DNA from: Candidatus Saccharibacteria bacterium oral taxon 488
GTDB taxonomy: Bacteria > Patescibacteriota > Saccharimonadia > Saccharimonadales > Saccharimonadaceae
Length of the DNA: 32,000 nt
Assembly (NCBI GenBank): GCA_010202845.1
Contig: CP047921.1
Location: forward strand, 90,001 to 122,000
Direction of reading: 5' to 3'
Shown here: in pieces, positions 8,262 to 16,420 of the stretch
Numbering within the stretch: position 1 is the stretch's first letter
Layout of the letters: each line of letters starts with the position of its first letter
Made by a program: the position numbers and the translations under genes
Notes under the pieces: model-generated
Told to the model about the DNA's origin: nothing
The model's input: the letters and a program-made list of their open reading frames with translations, nothing else
The model's database searches: none

Positions 8262-9897
8262 GGTCGGACTACGGCTCGTTATTGGCTATATGCTGGCACT
8301 TGTGGTTGTCGCATCGACGTTGGCGATTATTGGTGCGGATAGAGCAGAGGCGGTAGACTGTAGCGGTTTGAGCGGTCGACGACGTTTGATGTGTATTAAT
8401 GCACGCAATGATGGTGAACGGTTTGCGGTGCAATATATCTGTAAGGGCGGTGGAACGCGGTGCGGTGCGATGTGGATGTCGTCGCCTGGGACGTCGTATA
8501 CGAATGATGTTATTAACACCGTTAGCTGGAATGCGACGTCATTATCACTTGACTTGAGGGGGTCGGTGAACGGCAACGGTCAGTCACGAGCACGGGTGTG
8601 GGCGACAAATGTAACGGTTAGTCAGAATGGTCGGACATTACTGTCTGGCGGTACGCTTGATCGGGGGACGCATCCATCAGGCGCGTACCACTGGGTTGAT
8701 GGCGGTAGCAGCATTCGAGTAAATGGAATTGACATATCTGGTGTAGTTGCGCCAGGAAGTTCCGGCCGTATCATTTTGCAGGTGCGGCGCTGTTTCTATA
8801 GTAGTCCAGGCGGTAGCGGTGCTTGTGCGACACAAGATGTCGAGGTGTGGATTAAGCGTGAGCAGGCGCCAAACCAATGGACTGTTGAAGGGCAATCGCG
8901 AGTGTCAATCAATGGTGGCAGTTTAGTGCAAAACGCGACTGCTGCACCAGGACAGCGCGTACGATTTTTTCATTACCTGCGGAATAATTCTTCGTACACG
9001 ATTCCTCCCTATACCCTAAAGCGCATAGGAATTAATCAGGATATTAATGGTACGACAACGCATCATGCGTGGGCGTCGCCGTATACGCGTAGTGCTAGCC
9101 CGTGGAATACATTTTATGAGCCAAGCGATGTTAAGCCATATAATAATGTCTTTGGGGCTGAGGGGATCGTGACGCAGGATGATGTCGGTAAAACAGTATG
9201 TCAAAAGATTTTATGGCTGCCGGGTGCGTGGAATACTGATGGCTGGGGGGTTTCATCAAATGCCTGTGCATCGGTGCCGTATGATTATGAATTGCGACCG
9301 GAGGTGCAGGCACCAGATTATATTAATGAAGGAACGATTGAGGTGAGTGGCGTGACCGCGCGAATTAATCATACAGGATCGACACGGTCAAATCGGGCAA
9401 ATTATGCTGTAGTGCGGTTTGTGTTAAGGGGTGGTGGAAATTATACCGTGCCGGGCGGTGAGGGAGTTGTTGTGCCGTATGATAGACGTTCGCCGGGTAA
9501 TTTAGTGAGCGATTGGGATTGTTATATCGCCAAGAACACGATTAAAAATAGTCGACCGGGTTTGCAGGTGGCAGATTGTACATCAAATAATTTGGCACGT
9601 AATGGTGCGGGAACAATTATCCAGCGAGGTGGGCTGGAAATTCCGCTTGGCAAGGATAACTTGAGTGGAGTGACGATGACGACTGGTGACCAGTTGTGCT
9701 ATATGACTATTGTAAGTACATACAACCAACATGTGAATACCAGTACGTTTCGCTATGCGGTAGATTGTGCAAAGGTTGCCGGACGGCCAAAAGTTCAGTT
9801 TTGGGGGGCGGATGTGCGAGTTGGTGTCGGGATAGACGGCAGTGCGGGTAATAATAATGCGGAAGTCAGGACATCACTGACGAGGGTGAGGCGATAG
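8218..9897 (+). CDS. hypothetical secreted protein (559 aa), Cys-containing and beta-rich
   Basis: Arg-rich n-region, a hydrophobic core (LVIGYMLALVVVASTLAIIG) and ADRAEA-VDC resemble a signal peptide. There are many Cys residues plus G/N/T/S-rich segments. The start is ambiguous (8218 or 8239). It overlaps the upstream gene. Confidence 0.7.
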   Translation: MRVRGIRMVHRVRVRVGLRLVIGYMLALVVVASTLAIIGADRAEAVDCSGLSGRRRLMCINARNDGERFAVQYICKGGGTRCGAMWMSSPGTSYTNDVINTVSWNATSLSLDLRGSVNGNGQSRARVWATNVTVSQNGRTLLSGGTLDRGTHPSGAYHWVDGGSSIRVNGIDISGVVAPGSSGRIILQVRRCFYSSPGGSGACATQDVEVWIKREQAPNQWTVEGQSRVSINGGSLVQNATAAPGQRVRFFHYLRNNSSYTIPPYTLKRIGINQDINGTTTHHAWASPYTRSASPWNTFYEPSDVKPYNNVFGAEGIVTQDDVGKTVCQKILWLPGAWNTDGWGVSSNACASVPYDYELRPEVQAPDYINEGTIEVSGVTARINHTGSTRSNRANYAVVRFVLRGGGNYTVPGGEGVVVPYDRRSPGNLVSDWDCYIAKNTIKNSRPGLQVADCTSNNLARNGAGTIIQRGGLEIPLGKDNLSGVTMTTGDQLCYMTIVSTYNQHVNTSTFRYAVDCAKVAGRPKVQFWGADVRVGVGIDGSAGNNNAEVRTSLTRVRR

Positions 9898-11907
9898 ATG
9901 GCGCTGCAGTTAAAAACCCAAAGGTGGTGGATCGGAGTCGGTGCCGTTGGGCTAGTGGTATTCGGAAGCCTTGGAGTGTATATCTGGCGTCATTATATCA
10001 GCGTAACGGCACAAGTAGCACCTGACGTAACTCACGTCGAGAGGGCGGTGCTAGCAGCCAGCACGACAACGCCACCGGGCGGCAGTAGTTATGGCCCAGC
10101 CACGTCATATCACATGCCATGGGAGAAATATCCGGTTGGCGAGAGAGAGCAGATCGGCGGGACGCCAGAACGGATTAGCAATTGGCCAACGGCTGGGGAT
10201 GGTGGGTCTGACTGTCGTGTGAACATAAATGCCACAACAGTGGTCGATGGTGTTGGCGGGACATTTAATTATGGTGGGTTTACGATGATGCCATCACCGA
10301 TGTCTGGTAATCGGACAGTTGGTCAGGATAAGTGTAGCGGATCGGTGTCAACATGGACGGCACCGGACGGTGAAAATAGCACATCTTCGGCAACGCCAGC
10401 ACCGAGTTGGTTTGACGACGTGGTAGCGGCCAATAGCGGTGGTCTAGCGGGCGGAGCATATGTTAATCCACGAGCGTATGGTGGCTGGGCGACGGATGCT
10501 AATGCCACGACGAAAGTACCATTTGGTGTACCTGCCCAACGATCGGGCGCGGCTGGGGCGGCTGAGTTTGCCGAATGCGGCGGGGTTGCTAAGGAATCAG
10601 GAACATCTGCGTGGGCAACTGATGGAGCGTTTCGGCAGTCAATGTATGATCAAGGCGGCCAGTCGAAGCCGCTCTGGGGTGCGCGTTGTAAGGACGAGAC
10701 AAAGTTGAAAGAGACACTGACCCGGCGTCACAATGCGCCGCAAACTGATACCAATGGTGAGAATTACGTGAAGTCGTCTGGCGTAACGCTATTTCGGCAG
10801 AAATTCCGGCTGACGAGCCAGCAGCTCGAAGAGATTCGTCAGCTGGATTTGTTGAACGACGGACGATCAGGACTGTACTTACGTTTGGCGGTTGATGATT
10901 ATGCTGCGGTATACATTAATGGTAAGCCAGTCTTTACCAATCCGAAAGCGTCGTCTGGTGTCGAAATGAAGAGAATCATCGCGGATTATTTACGGGCTGG
11001 TGATAATGTGATTGCTCTAGAGGTGCAAGATGCGATTGCTCCAACTAGCCTCGCCAATGCTAATGCGGCTGCTCGGTGGCTGCTCGGTGTGTATGCGCCA
11101 AAGGGGTGGCAGCCAGTACCGGGGGAGCCGCGGCTGTACGGATCGTGGGCGGAATATGCCGTTAGTGCGCCTGGACAAATTATTTCTTCCTCGGGGGCAG
11201 GCTTGTCGTCTGCGCCGACAGGGCGAACGGGGGCGATTGAGGCACGGCAATATAATGATCTGACATTTCAAAACACTAACACCCCGTTTGGTAATTTTCG
11301 CGACAAGATGCCGACTGTACGCACACCTGATGCCTATTTTACGAACAAGGGAACTTTGTCTGGGGCGGTGTCTATGAGCGACGTGGCTAGTGGTGTGTAT
11401 CAGGCTGGCAACCTGACGATTACCGGTGGAGAAATTAAGCGTGGCCGGCAAATTGTTATCAAATCGGGCGGCGTGGTGACTATCAAGGGTGACGTAAAAC
11501 AGGAGGGCGGTAACTATTCGGCGGCTCGGGATCTGCCGCAGTTGATTATCAGTGCTCAGCACATTATTATTGAGCCAAATGCTACACAGGTTGATGCTTG
11601 GCTTATCGCTAGGAGCGGGGCAGTTAACACCTGCGATACCATAGTTCGCGATAGTCGTCAGTGGTTGTCGGGTCTGGACGCGAAAACGTGTGAAAAACAG
11701 CTGCGCATTAATGGTCCAATTATCGCGAAGCACCTCTTTTTGCGCCGTACATTTACGAAGGGTGGTGATACCTCTGGCAATAATCCGGGCGAGCCGGCGG
11801 AAATATTGAATTTGCGTGCCGATGCATATTTGTGGGGAAATGAGCGGTCGAAAGAATCGGGGGCTATCAAAACGATGCATCTAAAGGAATTACCGCCACG
11901 TTTTTAA
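9898..11907 (+). CDS. hypothetical N-terminally anchored surface protein (669 aa) with a galactose-binding-like jelly-roll segment
   Basis: The ATG directly abuts the upstream TAG (9895-9897), with GAGG 6 nt upstream. TM helix WWIGVGAVGLVVFGSLGVYIW. Residues ~290-400 (LFRQKFRLT...LYLRLAVDDYAAVYINGKPVF...AGDNVIALEVQD) resemble the sugar-binding jelly-roll of GH2 and rhamnosidase N-terminal domains. The C-terminal part has beta-helix-like repeats. Confidence 0.75.
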   Translation: MALQLKTQRWWIGVGAVGLVVFGSLGVYIWRHYISVTAQVAPDVTHVERAVLAASTTTPPGGSSYGPATSYHMPWEKYPVGEREQIGGTPERISNWPTAGDGGSDCRVNINATTVVDGVGGTFNYGGFTMMPSPMSGNRTVGQDKCSGSVSTWTAPDGENSTSSATPAPSWFDDVVAANSGGLAGGAYVNPRAYGGWATDANATTKVPFGVPAQRSGAAGAAEFAECGGVAKESGTSAWATDGAFRQSMYDQGGQSKPLWGARCKDETKLKETLTRRHNAPQTDTNGENYVKSSGVTLFRQKFRLTSQQLEEIRQLDLLNDGRSGLYLRLAVDDYAAVYINGKPVFTNPKASSGVEMKRIIADYLRAGDNVIALEVQDAIAPTSLANANAAARWLLGVYAPKGWQPVPGEPRLYGSWAEYAVSAPGQIISSSGAGLSSAPTGRTGAIEARQYNDLTFQNTNTPFGNFRDKMPTVRTPDAYFTNKGTLSGAVSMSDVASGVYQAGNLTITGGEIKRGRQIVIKSGGVVTIKGDVKQEGGNYSAARDLPQLIISAQHIIIEPNATQVDAWLIARSGAVNTCDTIVRDSRQWLSGLDAKTCEKQLRINGPIIAKHLFLRRTFTKGGDTSGNNPGEPAEILNLRADAYLWGNERSKESGAIKTMHLKELPPRF

Positions 11908-11911
11908 GGGT

Positions 11912-11939
11912 TTTACATTTTACTATGCTTATGTATAAT
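11912..11939 (+). promoter_or_regulatory. promoter of the type IV pilus operon (TTTACA-16 nt-TATAAT)
   Basis: -35 at 11912-11917 and perfect -10 at 11934-11939. The pilM ATG at 11948 is 8 nt after the -10 and has no SD. Confidence 0.6.
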
Positions 11940-11947
11940 AGAATAGT

Positions 11948-12994
11948 ATGAAAATAGCAAAAGGGCTGGGCGACTTTTTCGGATTAGACATCGGGACGAA
12001 TGCGGTGCGCGTGGTTCAGCTGGCGCGAACGAGTAACGGGTGGAATCTGCTGCACTATGGTTATGCGCCTGTCGACCCGAAGATTACAGGTAGTGATTCG
12101 CCAGAGGCGCAGCGTAAGCTTGGTGAAGTGATCATGACCGCTGTTGGACAGAGCGGTATCAAGACGCAAAATGTAGCGATTGGGTTACCGTCGAGCAAGA
12201 CCTTTACGGCAATTATTGATGTACCAAAAGTGTCAGACCAAGAGCTAAAGGCGACCATGAAATACCAGGTTGATCAGTACATTCCTATGGCGATTGAGGA
12301 CGCCAAGGTTGATTGGGCGCTGCTCGGCGACAGTTTGCGTGAGCAGGGTCAGTACGAAGTGTTATTGACGAGTGCGGCGATTAGCTATGTCGAGGAACGA
12401 CTCGAGTTCATTGAAGGGCTTGGCTTTAATGTGGTCGCTGAGGAACCGGATCCGATCGCGATGCTTCGGGCATTAGCGCCGACTGATGGAGCGACCGCAA
12501 AGTTAGTACTGGATATGGGCGAACATTCGACTGACTTGGCAGTCATTTATGGCGATATGCCGCGGCTAGTGCGCACGGTGCCGAGCGGACTGCAAGCGTT
12601 GGTGCGGGCGGCAGTGCAAAATCTCAACGTGCAGGATGATCAGGCTCGCCAGTTTATTATCAAGTTTGGCTTGGCACCTGACCGGCTCGAGGGGCAAGTT
12701 CTCAGGGCGATTGACGGCGTGCTGGATAATTTTGCAGCTGAGCTGACCAAATCAATCAAGTTCTTCCAGACGCGCTACCCGAGTATTTCCGTGTCAGGAA
12801 TTCTGCTGTCGGGCTTTGGCGCGGCAATACCGATGATGGATAATTATATTGCCAGCAAGACTGGTATACCAGCGACTACGGCTGATCCGTGGCAGCATGT
12901 CAGTCTTGGGCAGGCTGATCAGCAAAAATTAGCACCAATTGCCTCGGAGTTTGCGACGGTCGTTGGTTTAGCGCAGCGGAGGAATGGGTCGTGA
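11948..12994 (+). CDS. pilM: type IV pilus assembly protein PilM (actin-like ATPase fold)
   Basis: The N-terminal FGLDIGTNAVRVVQL motif, the 348-aa length and the position ahead of pilN/pilO. Confidence 0.88.
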   Translation: MKIAKGLGDFFGLDIGTNAVRVVQLARTSNGWNLLHYGYAPVDPKITGSDSPEAQRKLGEVIMTAVGQSGIKTQNVAIGLPSSKTFTAIIDVPKVSDQELKATMKYQVDQYIPMAIEDAKVDWALLGDSLREQGQYEVLLTSAAISYVEERLEFIEGLGFNVVAEEPDPIAMLRALAPTDGATAKLVLDMGEHSTDLAVIYGDMPRLVRTVPSGLQALVRAAVQNLNVQDDQARQFIIKFGLAPDRLEGQVLRAIDGVLDNFAAELTKSIKFFQTRYPSISVSGILLSGFGAAIPMMDNYIASKTGIPATTADPWQHVSLGQADQQKLAPIASEFATVVGLAQRRNGS

Positions 12995-13722
12995 TTGAGA
13001 TTAATTTGATTCCTGACGTCAAACGCGAGTTACTTCGAGCGAAAATGATGCGCAACGCCGTGACGGCGATGTCAATAACCGTTGGCATGATTGCGGTCGG
13101 AGTGGCGGTTGCGCTTGGCTTGATCTTTGGCGGCCAGATAGCCCTGGAGGCGCTCCATGATGGGACGATTAAGAGCAAGACACGTGAACTGACGTCGATT
13201 GAAGACCTTGATAAGCTAGTGACCATTCAGCATCAGCTGGCAACAATCAACAAATTATCAAGTGAGCGTCAGGCTGATTCGCGACTATTTGACGTGATGA
13301 CGGCGGTCAATCCGGTGGCGCCAAATAGTATTAAAATCGCAACACTAAAGCTCAAGCCAGAGTCGCGGACAATTACTATTGAGGGCTCAGCCGAAAACGG
13401 CTATATTGCACTGGAGATATTTAAAAAGACGATTACTAATACGACTGTGCAGACAACACAAAATGGGCAAGAGGTTAAACAACCGCTGGCTGAGAATCTG
13501 CAGGCGGGTGAGGCCAGCTTTGGTGAAGATGCCAACGGTAAGAAGGTGTTGCGCTTCTCGTTCACGTTTACCTATCCGGCAGAATTGTTCTCGAAAACGA
13601 GCGGCTCAGTGGTGATTGCGACGCCAAACGGTAAAGTTGATGTGACTGATTCGCGGCTGGGGGTGCCAGAGAGCCTATTTGCCAAGAAGCCAAAAGATGC
13701 TTCAAATAAGGAGAAAAACTAA
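12991..13722 (+). CDS. pilN: PilN-like pilus alignment protein
   Basis: GTG start overlaps the pilM stop (GTGA). Starts MIEINLIPDVKRE, the INLLP-type motif that binds PilM, then one TM helix. Confidence 0.75.
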   Translation: MIEINLIPDVKRELLRAKMMRNAVTAMSITVGMIAVGVAVALGLIFGGQIALEALHDGTIKSKTRELTSIEDLDKLVTIQHQLATINKLSSERQADSRLFDVMTAVNPVAPNSIKIATLKLKPESRTITIEGSAENGYIALEIFKKTITNTTVQTTQNGQEVKQPLAENLQAGEASFGEDANGKKVLRFSFTFTYPAELFSKTSGSVVIATPNGKVDVTDSRLGVPESLFAKKPKDASNKEKN

Positions 13723-14399
13723 TGCCTGAGAATAAAGATGTCGCTATTCGTAAACGCCAGCAGATTGATTCATCAAAGAAAACCATGTTTCTGTTCGTGG
13801 CGGGCGCGGCGTTTGTGAGTGGCGTGGCAATTGTGGTGTCGTTCTTCCTCGTGCGGCAGATTTTGTTTCATGGCGCAGTGGTGCTCGCGAAGCAAGACAC
13901 CATCAATACGCTGGAGAATAATAAAAAGGCGGCCGAGTCGCTCAAAGATAATGTGCGTTCACTAGAGGCGAATGAAGCACTTAACTCAGTGAAGTTAACG
14001 GATAGTAGTAGTCCATTGCAAACGATTCTTGATGCGCTGCCGGCTAGTGCGAATGCCGATGCGCTCGGTGCGTCTATTCAGAAGAAGTTCGTCAATGGCA
14101 TCGCCGGTCTGTCACTAGAAAGCATCTCGGTCCACTATACGGCGAATGAGTCGGGTGCGGAGCAAGAGGACGCTGGTGATGGTCGCTCGGCGGTGAGTTT
14201 CACCATGACAGTGAGCGGTACGTCGTCAAGCCTCAAGGAGCTGTTAACGCGCTTTGAAAAATCAATTCGGGTTATCAATATTACCGAGATTGAGATGCAG
14301 GCCAGCGAGGACGGCAAGATGACGATGGATATCTCTGGCAAGGCCTATTTTGAGCCGGCGCAAAAAGTTGGATTAGGAAAGAAGGTGATCAAGCCATGA
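13722..14399 (+). CDS. pilO: PilO-like pilus alignment protein
   Basis: TAATG overlap with pilN. One TM helix, a coiled-coil-like segment and a C-terminal alpha/beta domain. The assignment rests on architecture and position only. Confidence 0.55.
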   Translation: MPENKDVAIRKRQQIDSSKKTMFLFVAGAAFVSGVAIVVSFFLVRQILFHGAVVLAKQDTINTLENNKKAAESLKDNVRSLEANEALNSVKLTDSSSPLQTILDALPASANADALGASIQKKFVNGIAGLSLESISVHYTANESGAEQEDAGDGRSAVSFTMTVSGTSSSLKELLTRFEKSIRVINITEIEMQASEDGKMTMDISGKAYFEPAQKVGLGKKVIKP

Positions 14400-14626
14400 A
14401 GAAGAGCGATATAGCGATGATCGTGTTGATAGCCAGCCTTGGCGTTGTGGTGGCATATTTCGTTGCCAGCAGCATTCCATTCTTGCGCGTACCATCATCG
14501 GGTGTGGAAGTGCAGACGATATCAAAAATTAGCCCAGATATTGAGCAGCCAGATAAGGCAGTATTTAATCGTGATGCTATTAACCCAACGGTGGAAGCAA
14601 TTGTTGGCAAAGCGACTGGTAGTTAG
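14396..14626 (+). CDS. small single-pass membrane protein (76 aa) in the pilus operon
   Basis: ATGA overlap with the pilO-like gene. TM helix IAMIVLIASLGVVVAYFVA. It occupies the slot where diderms encode PilP/PilQ. Confidence 0.5.
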   Translation: MKKSDIAMIVLIASLGVVVAYFVASSIPFLRVPSSGVEVQTISKISPDIEQPDKAVFNRDAINPTVEAIVGKATGS

Positions 14627-14638
14627 CGCGGAGGTGAT

Positions 14639-16402
14639 ATGGCGCTACTGACGGATGATATGCAGGGAAAATTGATTGGCTTGCTGACGAGCGAGGGCTT
14701 GATCGAGCGGTCGGTTGTTAAGGAGGCGCAAAAACGCGCCAGCGAGTCGGGTAAGCCGCTACTGTCGCTGTTGACCGAGGAGCACCTTTTGGAGAATGAA
14801 TTATTGGTGCATGCGGTGGCGCAATTGTCTGGTGTGCCGTATGTTAATCTCGCAAGCAGCGTGATTGAGCAGCACATCTTGAACCTGCTGCCGGAGGATG
14901 TTGCCGAGCGATTTATGGCGGTACCACTGGCCGAGGTGCAGGGGCGCTTGGCGGTGGCGATGATTGATGCTAATAATGTCCAGGCGGTTGACTACCTAGC
15001 AAATCGTATCCAGCGACCGCTCAAGGTATTTATGGCCTCCGAAGAAAGTATCCGTCACGTCCTTGGTCAGTACAGAACAGACTTATCATCGGTCAATGAA
15101 GCAGCGGAGGACTCGCAGCGCGAAGCACTGGATGAGTCGTCGCAGAACATTGTGACAATCGTTCAAGATTCACCGATTTCGCGGGCGCTTAGTACGATCC
15201 TAGAGTATGCAGTAAAGAGCCATGCCTCGGACGTACACATTGAGCCATTAGAAAAGGCGTTGAAAATTCGCTGTCGTGTTGATGGCGTGTTGCGGGAAAT
15301 TATGCAGCTACCAAAAAGTATTGAGCCAGCGCTGGTCAGCCGCATTAAAATTCTGTCAAATCTCAAAATTGATGAGCATCGGATTCCGCAGGATGGCCAG
15401 TTTGCAGTCAATGTGGCTGGCAAGGATGTCGATCTGCGTATTGCGATTTCACCGGTGGTATGGGGAGAGCAGGTGGTGATTCGTCTGCTTGATAAGACAG
15501 GTAACTCGTTTGATCTGACTGATATGGGGTATGCTGGGCGCGCACTGAGAGCCATCCAAAAAGGCATCAAGCGGCCAAGCGGAATGATTTTGACGTCTGG
15601 GCCGACTGGTTCGGGTAAGTCAACTAGCTTGTATGCGCTGATCAAGGAAATCAAGGACGACTCGATCAATATTGTGACACTGGAGGATCCGGTGGAGTAC
15701 AAGATTGACGGCGTTAATCAGATCCAGGTGCATGCTGATGTTGGACTGACGTTTGCATCGGGCTTACGGTCAATTCTCCGGCAGGATCCCGACGTGGTGA
15801 TGGTCGGTGAAATCCGCGATACCGAGACAGCGAACTTGGCGGTGCAAGCGGCATTGACCGGACACTTAGTCTTCTCGACGCTGCATACCAATTCGGCGGC
15901 GGGTGTGCTGCCGCGGCTGTTGGATATGGGGATTGAACCGTTCTTGATTGCTAGTACCGTGAACACCATTATTGGTCAACGGCTGGTCAGGCGGGTGGCG
16001 CCAAAGTATGATTCATATCAATCGTCACCACTTGAAACGGAGACTATTCAGTCAACGGTTGGCCACCTCCTGCCAAAAACTCAGGCTGACATATCGACCG
16101 TTTCGCAGGATTTGGGCTACAAGGCCTTGCCATTATCTGGTCAAGCCGCTTATACTTTAGTCAGGGGCCGCGATATGCCGCAGACGCCGCAAGGTTACTC
16201 AGGACGATGTGGTTTGTACGAGGTGATGGACGTCACTGAGGAAGTTCAAAACCTGATTGTCAAGCGGGCGACGAGCGCCGAGATTCAGCGGCTTGCCATT
16301 CAGCAGGGCATGATAACGATGCGTCAAGACGGTTATCTCAAGGCGCTCAGTGGCGTGACAACATTAGAGGAAGTAAATCGGGTAGCAGCCGATACAGCAT
16401 AA
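14639..16402 (+). CDS. pilB: type IV pilus extension ATPase PilB (GspE family)
   Basis: SD GGAGGTG. N-terminal T2SSE_N-like domain, Walker A GPTGSGKST, Asp box, Walker B VVMVGEIRD and His box LVFSTLHTN. Confidence 0.93.
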   Translation: MALLTDDMQGKLIGLLTSEGLIERSVVKEAQKRASESGKPLLSLLTEEHLLENELLVHAVAQLSGVPYVNLASSVIEQHILNLLPEDVAERFMAVPLAEVQGRLAVAMIDANNVQAVDYLANRIQRPLKVFMASEESIRHVLGQYRTDLSSVNEAAEDSQREALDESSQNIVTIVQDSPISRALSTILEYAVKSHASDVHIEPLEKALKIRCRVDGVLREIMQLPKSIEPALVSRIKILSNLKIDEHRIPQDGQFAVNVAGKDVDLRIAISPVVWGEQVVIRLLDKTGNSFDLTDMGYAGRALRAIQKGIKRPSGMILTSGPTGSGKSTSLYALIKEIKDDSINIVTLEDPVEYKIDGVNQIQVHADVGLTFASGLRSILRQDPDVVMVGEIRDTETANLAVQAALTGHLVFSTLHTNSAAGVLPRLLDMGIEPFLIASTVNTIIGQRLVRRVAPKYDSYQSSPLETETIQSTVGHLLPKTQADISTVSQDLGYKALPLSGQAAYTLVRGRDMPQTPQGYSGRCGLYEVMDVTEEVQNLIVKRATSAEIQRLAIQQGMITMRQDGYLKALSGVTTLEEVNRVAADTA

Positions 16403-16420
16403 AAGAAAAGGGGGACGATT

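Noticed and set aside
9895-9900. Possible TAG read-through fusing the 559-aa and 669-aa ORFs into one 1228-aa protein.
   Set aside because: The downstream ORF has its own SD (GAGG, 6 nt upstream), an ATG and an N-terminal TM anchor. TAG is used as a normal stop elsewhere in the window (ndk, and the 164-aa gene).
11017-11880. 287-aa antisense ORF inside the 669-aa surface protein gene.
   Set aside because: The translation is Arg/Ser/Pro-rich and low-complexity, with no start context or motifs. It lies entirely opposite a well-supported coding frame, which is typical of a shadow ORF.
15163-15702. 179-aa antisense ORF inside pilB. Similar shadow ORFs occur at 204-773 and 145-558 (ftsK), 6592-7134 (ychF, alternative frame) and 19391-19771 (pilD).
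   Set aside because: Each overlaps a gene with unambiguous family motifs on the other strand or frame, and none has a recognisable domain.
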